This document shows positions 52,010 through 62,555 of a DNA stretch of 64,000 nucleotides, piece after piece. The stretch spans positions 32,001-96,000 of IMG/VR virus record IMGVR_UViG_2843291059_000004; one strand, 5' to 3'. Each line of letters opens with the position of its first letter. The stretch's first letter is position 1. Position numbers and translations under genes: made by a program. Source of the DNA: a virus. Its lineage: Duplodnaviria > Caudoviricetes. Under the pieces are notes generated by a model, which did not search any database, was not told the origin of the DNA, and worked only from the letters and a program-made list of their open reading frames with translations.

Positions 52010-53557
52010 ATGAGTAAGGAGTATTTCTATAGTAGAAACATCTGTTGCTCTGAGATTACGGAGCATCCAGACCACTATCTTGCCAAGTTTGTCATTTGTG
52101 ATTTCTCAGTAAATGGAAATCAGGTTGCTTTGAACCGTGAAACCATTGAAAGTTGGATGAGTACACTGGTTGGCAACCCGCTTGTTGGTAAGTTGGTTGT
52201 AGCTCCAAAGGGTGAGCTGGATTTTTCCGGTCACAATATGAAAGTCGTCACCAGAAAAGACGCTGACGGCAATGAATACAAGACTGCCGAATTTGACACT
52301 GATGCGTTCGGTAGCTTTCAATCGGTCGGTATCGAGAAAATTGACGATACCGACTTTATTGTTGCCTCTTGTAAGATCTGGAAGCGATATCCAAAAGCTT
52401 GTGCGACGATTCTGCGCCGTATTGAGAGTGGCACATTGAATACAAGTTGGGAAATTGATGTGCTGAAAGCTCATAAGGGAATCGTGGGTGGCCGCATGAC
52501 AAAAATTATTGACGATGGCGTGTTTACTGCACATTGTCTGCTTGGTGCAAATGTTGAACCGGCATATAAGTGTTCTAAACTGCTTGAAGTCGCTGAAACC
52601 GATTTTGGTCTTGAGTTGGCAAATGCCTACATTGAGGACACAAAAGAGATTTCAAATATAGAATCTAATGAAAAGGAGGCAAAAAATTTGGAACTGAATA
52701 AGGATAAGGAAACTCAAACCGCACAGATTGAGAATCCCACCGAGATTGAGCAGGCAGAGCAGACCGCTACTGAGTCTACCACTGAGCCCACTACTCCGGC
52801 AGAGCCTGATGTTCAAACTTCCGAGGAAGGCGGTGAAACCCCTCCCCCGACTGAACCTGAAACCGGCACTGAACCCGCTCCAGAGACTTCCAGTCTGACT
52901 GTTGATGATATCATGAGTAAGCTGCGAATGGAAGTTCGTAAGATCAATTCTGATATGTATCTGGTAGAGATGTTCCCGGAGGACCATACCGTTTGGTGTA
53001 AAAAGTATGGTCCTATCAATAGCCTTGATTACATCATGTTCCCTTATACCGTTGAGGGCAATGAGGTTTCTCTTGGCGAGCCGCAGAATATCACTCTGGT
53101 TGTTTCTGTTTCTCAGGTCAACACCAAGATTGCGGAGCTGAATAACACTATTGCAAGCTTGAATACTGAATTGCAGAGTGCAAAGGAAAAGGTTGCTTCT
53201 TTGACCCCATATAAGGATCAGGCCGAGAAGGAAGCTGCTGAGAAAGCTGCTGCGGAGCTTGCACAGAAGAAGGAGGATCTGCGTCAGTACGCAATCTCCA
53301 GCAAGATGATTACTGAAGCTGAGGTTTCTGAGGGTGGCAACTACGCAAGTCTGATTGATAATCTGGATGAGACCGGCATCAAGAGTGTGATTGCCGAGCG
53401 TTGCGTTGAAGCCGCTAAGAAGGCTCCTGCCGAAAAGAAGATTGAGACATCTGAGGTACATAAGCCTGAGAGTATCAAGCTGAATTTGAATGAAACCAAG
53501 TATAACACCACTAACGCTAACAAGCGTGACGCATGGCGGGAATATTTGGGCAAGTAA
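52010..53557 (+). CDS. Prohead protease/scaffold fusion
   Basis: VNGN..L, IWKRYP, TSWEI, CLLG..VEPAY protease domain; Pro/Glu/Thr linker; coiled-coil C-terminus. Confidence 0.75.
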   Translation: MSKEYFYSRNICCSEITEHPDHYLAKFVICDFSVNGNQVALNRETIESWMSTLVGNPLVGKLVVAPKGELDFSGHNMKVVTRKDADGNEYKTAEFDTDAFGSFQSVGIEKIDDTDFIVASCKIWKRYPKACATILRRIESGTLNTSWEIDVLKAHKGIVGGRMTKIIDDGVFTAHCLLGANVEPAYKCSKLLEVAETDFGLELANAYIEDTKEISNIESNEKEAKNLELNKDKETQTAQIENPTEIEQAEQTATESTTEPTTPAEPDVQTSEEGGETPPPTEPETGTEPAPETSSLTVDDIMSKLRMEVRKINSDMYLVEMFPEDHTVWCKKYGPINSLDYIMFPYTVEGNEVSLGEPQNITLVVSVSQVNTKIAELNNTIASLNTELQSAKEKVASLTPYKDQAEKEAAEKAAAELAQKKEDLRQYAISSKMITEAEVSEGGNYASLIDNLDETGIKSVIAERCVEAAKKAPAEKKIETSEVHKPESIKLNLNETKYNTTNANKRDAWREYLGK

Positions 53558-53584
53558 TAACATTTGAGAGAAAGGAAAAATATT

Positions 53585-54061
53585 ATGATTCGTGAACTGA
53601 TGGTGAACGGCGCGAAGAATATTCCCGCTAACTATGCCGCAAAGGTCGCTATGGTCACCGGTATGGGTGTTCAGGTTGACCACAAGGCTGGTCAGGTTAA
53701 GTTCCCTGATGCAGCTACCGCTGAGGGCATCGAGATGGTTGCCCATGAGTTTATCCCGGAGGGCATCTATGCAAGCCAGACTAATTTTGATGACTATGAT
53801 AAGATGGTCACCGAGATTAAGGCAGGTGTGCTGGTGAAGCGCGTTCCGCTGTATGCTGGTGAGCTGTACGGCACAGACCAGTATAAGGCAGATGATGCAC
53901 AGGATGCTAATGTCGGCAAGCTGCTGGAGGTCAACACTGACGGTAAATGGCAGGTTGCTACTACTGGTACTTCTCGTTTTGAGTTTGCTGGTGTGATGGA
54001 CGACAACGGCCACAAGCTGATTATGATCAGTGTGCTGCCCGAGGCAAAGACTGTTGCTTGA
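53585..54061 (+). CDS. Capsid decoration/cement-like protein
   Basis: Between scaffold and MCP, highly biased codon usage. Confidence 0.55.
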   Translation: MIRELMVNGAKNIPANYAAKVAMVTGMGVQVDHKAGQVKFPDAATAEGIEMVAHEFIPEGIYASQTNFDDYDKMVTEIKAGVLVKRVPLYAGELYGTDQYKADDAQDANVGKLLEVNTDGKWQVATTGTSRFEFAGVMDDNGHKLIMISVLPEAKTVA

Positions 54062-54157
54062 TTGAGAGAAAAAACTTGAATACGATACGTGAAATTTAAG
54101 GCTATCGTCTTTTGGCGGTAGCTCTTTTATTTTGCGCGAAGAGAAAGGAAATGAATT

Positions 54158-56737
54158 ATGGCACTGAATATTGAAGTGGCCGAGCTGATGAAGCAGCCTG
54201 GTCGTGTTTATGAAGTTGCTGAGAAGACTCAGTACAATCGCGCTATGGATGCCGAGGACAAGGAAATTGCTGAGGTTGTTGGCGCTCATGTTGAGGAGCT
54301 GATTGACAAGGGTGACCCCAACAAGGAGATTGCTCAGTTTGTTAACCGCACCGTGACTGATGAGCTGTATGGTGCACCTGATGAGCTGCTGGACTCCATG
54401 TTTGAGCGTGGTAATGTTGGTGAGTTTGATGATTATGAGGCAGGTCGTACTGTTAAGAACACCCTGAAGGCTTATGATGCAGCCAAGGGCGGCAACGTGC
54501 CGAAGTCTTACCTGCACTACGAGACCATTAAGCCCGTCTGGCGTAATAAGCAGATCGAGGCTGATCTTAGCTTTGTGGATGTAAGACGCAATGCTTGGAA
54601 GAGTGTGGCAACTCTGACCACCTTTATGACTGAGGCTCTGAAGAACCAGATGTTCTATGACATCTTCAGCATGGTTGATGACGCTATCACTGGTGGCGAG
54701 CAGAAGATCGATGCACAGGGTAAGGAGCCCACTATGCAGGACATGGACGCTCTGGCTCTGTATCTGAATGAGTACGCCGATGGTGGTAATCCCTTCACTG
54801 TCAGCCTGATGAAGTACTGTGCCAAGATGCGTCGTATGACCGGCTACGCTGAGTATCTGTCTGACGCAGCTAAGGACGAGTTTAACCGTTATGGTCTGGT
54901 TAAGACTTACGATGGTGTTGCTATTACTGGTATTAGCTCTGCCAAGAAGCTGGGTGATGGTTCCCTGCTGATCCCGGATTAAACTATGTAGTTTACATAA
55001 AATAGTCCAGTCGTGATGCAAATCACGATAAAAAATACACATTGAATTGCTGGAAAACCCTAAAACTACAATTACCAAAACAGAAGGATGAAATATGCCT
55101 AGATGGGTGGTCGCGAAAGCAGAAAGAAAATTGTAGATGATGCATGGTTAAAACCTAAACATAAAATAATGGGCAATCAGCAGCCAAGTTCCGAAAAGGA
55201 AAAGGTTCAACGACTATCCGCGTGGGAGCGGTTAGGATGCAAGTGTTTGGCATCCGAAGTGGTGTGCCCCAGTGTTTTTACTGGGTGAAGATATAGTCTT
55301 CACTCGTATGAGAGTACGAGGTTGCTAGATGCAACAAGAACGGAGTAGCGTCCGGTATAATGTTTATCTAATATTTAATTTGACCAGATGTTGTGTAGAA
55401 TGTCTGGCTTTTATTTTGCAAGAAAGGAGGTAGCATGGATGACACCAATGAGAACGACAGAAGACTTCAAAAAAGAAGTGTTTGATGTAAACCCAAATTT
55501 TGAAATTTTATCCGAATATAATGGTCTTCGAAAAAAGATTACCAGGAAATGTAAAGTATGCGGTGATGTACGTGAAGTACAGGCAAGAATGTTGCTTGAT
55601 AATCGTGGGTGTCAAGCATGTGTTGCCTCTAAGCGTGGAGCAGAAAAAAGAAAGTCGCCAATACAATTTTCCACGGAGCTGTTTGAAGTAAATCCTAATA
55701 TTGAGTTGTTATCTGAATACACAACAAACAATGCGAGAGTGCATTGTCGTTGTAAACTTGATGGGCATGAGTGGAATGGCATACCTCATACATTGCTTGA
55801 TGGACATGGGTGTCCAGAATGTTATCGACGGATTGCAAACAGACGAACGGAAGATGAATTCTTAAAAGAAATGCGTGAACGATTTCCTACTATTCATGTT
55901 CTTTCAAAATATGTCCGTGTTGCTGTGAAAGTGGATTTTGCATGTGATGTTTGCGGTTACCATTGGACCGCAATTCCTGATACGATACTTAATAATAAAA
56001 ATTCTGGTTGTCCAAAATGTGCTGGGAGAGCACATATTTTAGAGTCTGAAATGATAGAACGACTAAGAACGGTTTCTCCAAGTGTTGAGTATTTGAGCGG
56101 ATATAAAAATATATTATCTCATGCAAATTTTAAATGTAAGAAATGTGGTTACAAATGGTCAACAGCTGTCAATTCAGTTCTTGGCGGGCATGGATGTCCA
56201 AAGTGTTGTTCTTCTCATGGTGAAGAAAAAGTATGCAATTATCTCGATAGTCATGGCATTGATTACATACGAGAATACCGTTTTAAAGATTGTAAAAATG
56301 AACGGCAGCTTCCTTTTGATTTCTATATACCATCAAAAAACACTTGCATTGAATACGACGGGCAACAACATTTTATGCCTGTTAGGTTTAGCAAGAGTGT
56401 AACCGAATCCGACTCTATTAGTACATATAAAAGTCAGCAAAAGAAAGATTCTTTAAAAACAGAATATTGTAATCGTAATGGAATCAAACTTATCAGAATT
56501 CCCTACACAGATTTTGATAATGTAGAAAATATTTTAGATAAACATTTTTCTTAAAAATTTTGGAAACGTATTTATGGTATTGCGGGCAAGATCGGAAGAC
56601 TTGACATGAAGGGTGAGACTCATACTTACGAGGATCACGACAACAACAACGAAAAGATTCATCTGATGGTCAAGGACTTCACCTTCGGCTACAGCATTGA
56701 TCATATCGATCGTGTTGCTAAGATTGTTCTGCAGTAA
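54158..56737 (+). CDS. Major capsid protein split by a group I intron (exons 54158-54979 and 56564-56737, 331 aa)
   Basis: Exon 1 ends LLIPD; exon 2 KRIYGIAGKIG...VAKIVLQ* has the same codon bias; followed by terminator. Confidence 0.85.
54980..56563 (+). ncRNA. Group I intron in MCP gene carrying a homing endonuclease
   Basis: 5' exon ends in U (P1 GGAT|T with AGTCC), intron ends in G; core AATTGCTGGAAA, AATCAGCAGCC, GTTCAACGACTA, AAGATATAGTCT. Confidence 0.9.
55439..56554 (+). CDS. Intron-encoded homing endonuclease: Zn-ribbon repeats + Vsr-like PD-(D/E)xK domain
   Basis: Four CxxC/xxG..W..GCPxC repeats, SHGE, LPFDFYIP, CIEYDGQQH, IKLIRIPY; AAGGAGG RBS. Confidence 0.85.
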   Translation: MTPMRTTEDFKKEVFDVNPNFEILSEYNGLRKKITRKCKVCGDVREVQARMLLDNRGCQACVASKRGAEKRKSPIQFSTELFEVNPNIELLSEYTTNNARVHCRCKLDGHEWNGIPHTLLDGHGCPECYRRIANRRTEDEFLKEMRERFPTIHVLSKYVRVAVKVDFACDVCGYHWTAIPDTILNNKNSGCPKCAGRAHILESEMIERLRTVSPSVEYLSGYKNILSHANFKCKKCGYKWSTAVNSVLGGHGCPKCCSSHGEEKVCNYLDSHGIDYIREYRFKDCKNERQLPFDFYIPSKNTCIEYDGQQHFMPVRFSKSVTESDSISTYKSQQKKDSLKTEYCNRNGIKLIRIPYTDFDNVENILDKHFS

Positions 56738-56759
56738 TTTTTTACCAAAGACAAATCTG

Positions 56760-56788
56760 GGCGGAGACCGCAAAGTCTCCGCTTTTAT
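56760..56788 (+). terminator. Intrinsic terminator after MCP
   Basis: GCGGAGAC-CGCAAA-GTCTCCGC + TTTT. Confidence 0.7.
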
Positions 56789-56805
56789 AGAAAAGGAGAC
56801 AAATT

Positions 56806-57507
56806 ATGAGTTCCGTGATGGAAAAGAAGTTTATTGACGTTCTGAACTGCGACGATAACGTGGTTACCATTTCGTCACTGAACGGTAAGGGTTATACTTT
56901 CGAGCCCGGTAGTGTGGAAGAGCCTTGTGTGATTCCTATTCCGCCGGAGGAGATTATGTATATGAACAGCACTTGTTCTGCGTTCAAGAATGGTGTTCTG
57001 CGTTTTCGCCCTGAAGAGCAGAATGAAATCTTTAAGGCTATTGGCGTTAAAGGTGACGACGTTCTGTTCGTTGAGGATATTGATGATGCGATTCTGAATC
57101 CCACTGTCGAGAATCTTCAGCGAATGATTGACATTAAGGATGGTGCTCAGTTTGAGCGTATTCGTGGTCGCTTTTATCGCATGACGAATGCCGGTGAAGA
57201 CCTGTCCACTAAGGTCAAGCGCCTGATTGATGAGCGTTATAAGGAGCTTCGTGCTGGCAAGCGTAACAGTGAGCTGTCTGTTGTGCCTGCGGCCAAGTCT
57301 GCCCCTGCTGATGTTCAGGCGGAGCTTGAGGCCGCAAAGAACCAGCTTGCTGAAATGCAGAAGCAGATGCAGGCAGCACTGGCACAGATGCAGGCTATGA
57401 TGGCTGGTGCACAGCCTGTGGCACAGGACACTCCTGTTGAGAAGACTACTAAGCGTAGCCGCAAGAAGGCTGATGGAGAAAAGGCGGAGGCCGTTCCCGC
57501 CGAGTAA
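56806..57507 (+). CDS. Virion morphogenesis protein (post-capsid gene)
   Basis: Position and codon bias. Confidence 0.55.
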   Translation: MSSVMEKKFIDVLNCDDNVVTISSLNGKGYTFEPGSVEEPCVIPIPPEEIMYMNSTCSAFKNGVLRFRPEEQNEIFKAIGVKGDDVLFVEDIDDAILNPTVENLQRMIDIKDGAQFERIRGRFYRMTNAGEDLSTKVKRLIDERYKELRAGKRNSELSVVPAAKSAPADVQAELEAAKNQLAEMQKQMQAALAQMQAMMAGAQPVAQDTPVEKTTKRSRKKADGEKAEAVPAE

Positions 57508-57522
57508 GATTGGAGGGATAAT

Positions 57523-58023
57523 GTGACCGCATTTTCACAGGTATACGACAAGTTCTACGAGTTAGTCGAGACTGATAGTAATTTCTTTCAGTATTTTGAC
57601 CTAAACGAGAACGAGGTAAGAGATCTTGTACATGACCGTGCAAAGAGTTATTTGATGGAGTCACTTTCTGTTGTTTCCAGAAATATTGAGCCTGAAGAGA
57701 ATTTTAGCTTTGATGATTACGATTCTGAGCTAGAGGAATTCAACTTAGACCTTACATATGACGAAATTGATATGCTTGCACATTTGATGTTAGAGCAGCA
57801 TTTCAAACGAGAGTTTGGGAAGTTGAAAGCATTTAGCGCACAGGACCTTCCTACAAGTTTACAGGTATTCTCCCCTGCTAACGAGCGCACGAGCATTCGT
57901 GCTCTTGTGAAAGACATCCATGAGGAGAATATGACGATGTTGGACAACTATATGGCAAAAGACCGCTCGACCCGCAAGCGTAAGACCATCGACTATGATA
58001 CATACGCTTCCTACTCTGAGTAA
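57523..58023 (+). CDS. Putative head-tail adaptor
   Basis: Position; T.F..VY..F, DLTYDEIDMLA. Confidence 0.5.
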   Translation: MTAFSQVYDKFYELVETDSNFFQYFDLNENEVRDLVHDRAKSYLMESLSVVSRNIEPEENFSFDDYDSELEEFNLDLTYDEIDMLAHLMLEQHFKREFGKLKAFSAQDLPTSLQVFSPANERTSIRALVKDIHEENMTMLDNYMAKDRSTRKRKTIDYDTYASYSE

Positions 58024-58035
58024 GGAGGTGTACCG

Positions 58036-59061
58036 ATGGACTTTTATACGAGGGTGCGAGCTGTTGGCGGTGCCGCAAAGATGTCTAATAAAAAGGATGT
58101 CAAAATTGCTTTTGCGAAACGTGACTTCGCTGCACACTTCAAGGATAGTGTTGACTACGAGGATAATACTTTAGTAAATGGTTTGCCTCAGAAACTGGTC
58201 GTCAGCCGTAGTAACAGTGTGGCCAAGGAAAAGAAGATTTGGGCGTATCCCGGTGATTCTTTGAATCTTGGTGATATTGTTGACTGCTACAACTGTAAAT
58301 GGCTGGTAACTGAGATAGAACCAAATGATGAGATTTTTCTTCGTGGGAAAATGGAGCTGTGTAACCGCCAGATTCAATGGCAAAATCCGATTACTGGTGA
58401 GATAGTATCTCGTTGGGCAACACTGAGTAAGCCTTATTACGCAAATAATAAGGAACTTGTTGTGACTTCACTGAGTCAACGTGAGTATAAAGTGCAGATG
58501 CCTTTTGATGATGAGACTGCACTGATTGACCTTGATAAGCGCTTTATGCTGGAAATCATCAATGGAGAGCCGAAAACATATGTTACGACTTCTGTTGACC
58601 AGAGTACAGAGCGTTATGAGTTGCATGGTAAGACACAGGGATTCCTTGTGCTGAATATCCGGCAGGATCAGTATAACAGTAAGACGGACAATGCCGAGAA
58701 GATGATTTGTGATTATTTTGAGCCAAATAAGAGTGATGAGCCAGATGCGGATTCTCAGGTAACGGCCACTATTAAGTACGCAGGCAAGCCGGAAGTTCGT
58801 GTTGGTGGTTCTTGGAAGAAATTCACTCCGGTATTCACAAGTATTACGGGCGAAGAGGTTGCGGAAGTTGCAAAGTGGAGCTTTATTTGCCTTGATGAGT
58901 TTAAGAGTTTTGTTGAAACACAGGTTGCTACGGATGGTGTTTTCAAAATTCGTATTTTGAATAATAGCATCATGGATGGCGTAACTGTTAGAATTTCTCT
59001 GACAAATGCAGATGGTACGGCAAATACATCCATTGAATGTAAGGTGGTGAGCTTGCTGTGA
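58036..59061 (+). CDS. Putative head closure/neck protein with Ig-like C-terminus
   Basis: LGDIV...KWLV...CN..I.W pattern; position. Confidence 0.5.
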   Translation: MDFYTRVRAVGGAAKMSNKKDVKIAFAKRDFAAHFKDSVDYEDNTLVNGLPQKLVVSRSNSVAKEKKIWAYPGDSLNLGDIVDCYNCKWLVTEIEPNDEIFLRGKMELCNRQIQWQNPITGEIVSRWATLSKPYYANNKELVVTSLSQREYKVQMPFDDETALIDLDKRFMLEIINGEPKTYVTTSVDQSTERYELHGKTQGFLVLNIRQDQYNSKTDNAEKMICDYFEPNKSDEPDADSQVTATIKYAGKPEVRVGGSWKKFTPVFTSITGEEVAEVAKWSFICLDEFKSFVETQVATDGVFKIRILNNSIMDGVTVRISLTNADGTANTSIECKVVSLL

Positions 59062-59537
59062 CAACGAGTGAATTGATTACGGACTACAAAAACAAATTAG
59101 CTTTAAAGTTGGTCAATACGGATGGGCTTGTTGAAGCGATGGGTAATGATGATATTGAAGAGCCAGATGAGGCAATTTATACATATATCTTCCCATACTT
59201 CCATATTCCCGACACGATTGAGGCAGCACACAGCTATATTTGTTTTAAGGTAAACATGACTGACCGCAGTAATGTTAATGACTGGTACGAGAACTTTACG
59301 CTTACTGTGTGGGTTATTGTGAATCAGGCGTTGATGAAGATGAAAGGTCATGGTGGAGCAACACGAGTTGACTATCTGAGCGGTCTAGTGGAGAAAGAAT
59401 TACACGGCAGTACAATTTTTGGAATTAAGCAACTTAAAATCACATCCAATATCGAGGACAACATGGATTTACACCATCGTGTGCGAATTATGACGTTTAA
59501 GACGCAGGATCTGGATGACCTTGTGGGGTGTGGTTAA
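59058..59537 (+). CDS. Putative tail terminator/completion protein
   Basis: IFPY..PDT....SYI pattern; position. Confidence 0.5.
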   Translation: MTTSELITDYKNKLALKLVNTDGLVEAMGNDDIEEPDEAIYTYIFPYFHIPDTIEAAHSYICFKVNMTDRSNVNDWYENFTLTVWVIVNQALMKMKGHGGATRVDYLSGLVEKELHGSTIFGIKQLKITSNIEDNMDLHHRVRIMTFKTQDLDDLVGCG

Positions 59538-60274
59538 TGGAGCTTAGAGAAATGTACGAGCCGAGCTTGATGCGTGGAAGAGACTTTAAAATCAACGACA
59601 AAATTACGATTCACATGCCGTCTGTCGGTGATATTATCGATTATGGTGAGCAAAAGTATTTTCAGTTGGTTTATTTGTTCTGCTCTACATCAAGCGACTA
59701 TAAAGCACAACTTGACTCTGTTGGGGTTGATTGGCAAAAAATTTCGGACTTTGAAATGTTTCGGCAGCTCTTTATAGGCAACAAAAATCAAGATATGTCT
59801 ATTTTGTTTGGCGATATGGATATTTCCGGGTTTGTAATGGCAAAAGATAACATAAGTGGTGAAATTGTGTTACACAACAGACTTACGGATACCCGTATTG
59901 ACCATGTAGTGTATGAAACAATTTCTCAGTACCTATGTGCTGCGAATGGAATTGAAAAGCATTCCGAATTTGCCGCTGACGAACCGACAAGGATTGCAAT
60001 GATAGAGGAAGCCAGAGATAATTTGGAGTATCAGAAAATAAAGCGTTATGAGCCACGACTTGCGGAGCTTGTTCTCTCAATGGCGTGCTCCTCCGGCTTT
60101 AAAGCGGATTACTTCAAGGCTATGGACTACCCTATGAGTGTGTTTATGAATCATGTAAGAAAGATTCAGCAAATAAAGAACTACGACAATACGATGCATG
60201 GCGTTTATGCTGGCACCGTGGAGTTTGGAAAGATTTCAAAATCACAACTGGATTGGACGAGCAAGGTTGACTGA
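59537..60274 (+). CDS. Hypothetical virion morphogenesis protein
   Basis: Position in neck/tail module. Confidence 0.5.
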   Translation: MELREMYEPSLMRGRDFKINDKITIHMPSVGDIIDYGEQKYFQLVYLFCSTSSDYKAQLDSVGVDWQKISDFEMFRQLFIGNKNQDMSILFGDMDISGFVMAKDNISGEIVLHNRLTDTRIDHVVYETISQYLCAANGIEKHSEFAADEPTRIAMIEEARDNLEYQKIKRYEPRLAELVLSMACSSGFKADYFKAMDYPMSVFMNHVRKIQQIKNYDNTMHGVYAGTVEFGKISKSQLDWTSKVD

Positions 60275-60324
60275 TTTACCTTGCTCTTTTTATTTTATCC
60301 AAATAAATTGAAAGGAAGAAAATT

Positions 60325-61125
60325 ATGAGCGATTTTAATTTTAATGAGGTCGTTATTGACCGCGTTCATCGCATTCACGAGTATGACCTGAACGGCAAGC
60401 GCCTGTGGACCATGAATCAGGTTAAGGATTTCAAGCTGACTCTGGGTGGCGAGACCGTTTATGCTCAGGATGCACAGGGCGTTAACATCATGGCATTCGA
60501 CAAGAGCAAGACTGCCGAGGCGGATTGGTCTAATGCTCTGATGCATCTGGGTGCTCTGGCAGAGCAGATGGGCTCCAAGAAGGAGGTTGCTTCTTCTACA
60601 GCAAAACAGGTCTTTACCACTGTTGAGTATCTGACTTCTGCCGACGGCCAGAAGCTGACTCTGACTCATACCCCCAAGGCTGCTGTTGCAAATGCCCCCT
60701 TTAAGTACATTGATCTGGTCGATGGTCAGGGTAATGCACTAAAGACCTTTGAGCTGGGTGAGACCGCCGAATCTCAGTTCTCTGTTTCTGGCACTGAGGT
60801 TACTCTGCCCACTGGTGCAAACCTGAAGGCTGGCGACCGCTTTGTTGTGAAGTATCAGTACGAGAGCGAGGAGGGCATTGCTATCAATGATAGCGCCAAT
60901 AAGTTCTCTACCGAGGGCGAGTTCGTGATTGAGGCATTCTGCTACAATCCTTGCGACAAGGCAAATAAGAAGCTGATGCGTATCATCTTCCCGAATGCCA
61001 AGATGGACAATGCTATCGATATGACTTTCACTAATGAGCTGGCTCATCCGGTCAAGATTAGCGCTACTCAGGAATACTGCTCTGAAGACAAGCGCCTGTT
61101 CCGTATTGAGACTGCTGCTGCCTAA
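60325..61125 (+). CDS. Major tail tube protein
   Basis: Strong codon bias, beta-rich, IIFPNAK..motif, preceded by terminator-like hairpin. Confidence 0.65.
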   Translation: MSDFNFNEVVIDRVHRIHEYDLNGKRLWTMNQVKDFKLTLGGETVYAQDAQGVNIMAFDKSKTAEADWSNALMHLGALAEQMGSKKEVASSTAKQVFTTVEYLTSADGQKLTLTHTPKAAVANAPFKYIDLVDGQGNALKTFELGETAESQFSVSGTEVTLPTGANLKAGDRFVVKYQYESEEGIAINDSANKFSTEGEFVIEAFCYNPCDKANKKLMRIIFPNAKMDNAIDMTFTNELAHPVKISATQEYCSEDKRLFRIETAAA

Positions 61126-61508
61126 TGGCAAATCTGAATTGGTGCCGTACTTGCGGAAAAGAATATCCGGTATGCCCGCATTGCGAGCAGGATGCGCGTC
61201 TTAACCCTTGGCGAATGATTTGTGACACTGAGCCACACTTTCTTGTGTGGACTGCTGTAAACCAGTATCGCCAGGGAATTATTTCAAAAGAGACTGCAAA
61301 GGCAGACTTGACTACTCTTTTGACACGCAAGTACAAGAATATTACGGAGTCCGAGGTGGAAAATTTCATCCCGGCTGTTCGTGACATTTTCCATGAAATC
61401 ATAGATGAGCCTGCAAAGGCAGAGAATGAGTCATCTGGTGATGTAAAAGATGAAACGCCCGTGAAGCCGGTAGTTAAGAAAACATCAAATCGTAAGGGGC
61501 GGGCATAA
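61125..61508 (+). CDS. Zn-binding hypothetical protein
   Basis: CRTCGKEY.VCPHC..W. Confidence 0.6.
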   Translation: MANLNWCRTCGKEYPVCPHCEQDARLNPWRMICDTEPHFLVWTAVNQYRQGIISKETAKADLTTLLTRKYKNITESEVENFIPAVRDIFHEIIDEPAKAENESSGDVKDETPVKPVVKKTSNRKGRA

Positions 61509-61536
61509 CCGCCCCTTTATTTTTCGTGGTGATTTT

Positions 61537-62010
61537 ATGGAGAAAAAGAACAGAACGAAGTTTAATGTCAGTAAGAATCCAGCAGATAGAACATATGATG
61601 GCGTAGTTTATGATAGTAAGGCAGAAATGTTGTTTTATCGAGATATTGTATTGCCAAGGCTGGCAAGCGGCGAAATTGTAGAGTGTCGTAAGCAGGTCCC
61701 ATTTCTTCTGCAAGAATCGTTCCGCCGGGTCGATAAGGACGGCAAGGACGTAGCGGTGCGGAAGATTGACTATGTGGCGGACTATGAAATTACATATCGA
61801 GATGGCAGCAAACAAGTGATTGATACGAAGGGATTCGCTGATAGTGTTGCTTTGATGAAGCGCAAGATGTTCTGGTTCAAGTATCCTGATGTAGATTACC
61901 GCTGGATCACATACTCCAAAATCGATGGAGGCTGGGTCGATTATGACGACCTAAAAAAAGCTCGGAAAGAGCGAAAGAAATTAAAGCAAGCACAGACGAA
62001 AGGGAGATAA
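61537..62010 (+). CDS. DUF1064-like PD-(D/E)xK endonuclease
   Basis: YDSKAE, QVPFLL, YVADY, VIDTKG. Confidence 0.75.
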   Translation: MEKKNRTKFNVSKNPADRTYDGVVYDSKAEMLFYRDIVLPRLASGEIVECRKQVPFLLQESFRRVDKDGKDVAVRKIDYVADYEITYRDGSKQVIDTKGFADSVALMKRKMFWFKYPDVDYRWITYSKIDGGWVDYDDLKKARKERKKLKQAQTKGR

Positions 62011-62011
62011 A

Positions 62012-62521
62012 ATGAAGGTTTTAAATTTTCAGGAGCGAAATGAGTTTCTTGATGAGGTAGTCAAGACATGTACTATCGATGGTGATTATCAGCCTGCACT
62101 GCTCGATGTTGTGTTCCGGTTGACTATCCTGAAGTATTTTGCAGATTATGACTATCGTAGCGAGCCGCAGAGTGAGTGGCCTCGTATTGCTTACGAATCT
62201 TTCAATTTCAAGATTAACAAGGCTGGTTGTGATACTTCTGCGTTCTGGGATCAGTATGATTCTCTGGAGAAGGCCGTTTACGAGCAGATTGACCGTTCTC
62301 ATAAGGAATGGTTGGTTCTTGGTCTCTGTGGCAAGCTCAACGAGATTATTAAGAAGCCTGACCCTATTTCTGATTTCGTTGACTTTATGGAGAACTATTT
62401 GAATGATGTGAAGGGCAACTTGAAAGACTTTGATGTTGAAAAGTTTTCTGAAGTAACTTCTGCCATGCTGGATAATAAGCAGGAGATCTCTGCTGTGCTG
62501 GCAAAAGATAAAAAGGAATAA
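62012..62521 (+). CDS. Hypothetical protein (possible tail assembly chaperone)
   Basis: Position. Confidence 0.5.
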   Translation: MKVLNFQERNEFLDEVVKTCTIDGDYQPALLDVVFRLTILKYFADYDYRSEPQSEWPRIAYESFNFKINKAGCDTSAFWDQYDSLEKAVYEQIDRSHKEWLVLGLCGKLNEIIKKPDPISDFVDFMENYLNDVKGNLKDFDVEKFSEVTSAMLDNKQEISAVLAKDKKE

Positions 62522-62555
62522 ACACTTTTAGAGGTGGGTTGGAGGGAATTTTAAT

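Noticed and set aside
52652-55078. 808-aa minus-strand ORF (and similar antisense ORFs such as 6275-6928, 19026-19778, 24189-25070, 32682-33572, 40540-41292)
   Set aside because: Antisense shadows of codon-biased genes; no RBS, unnatural composition
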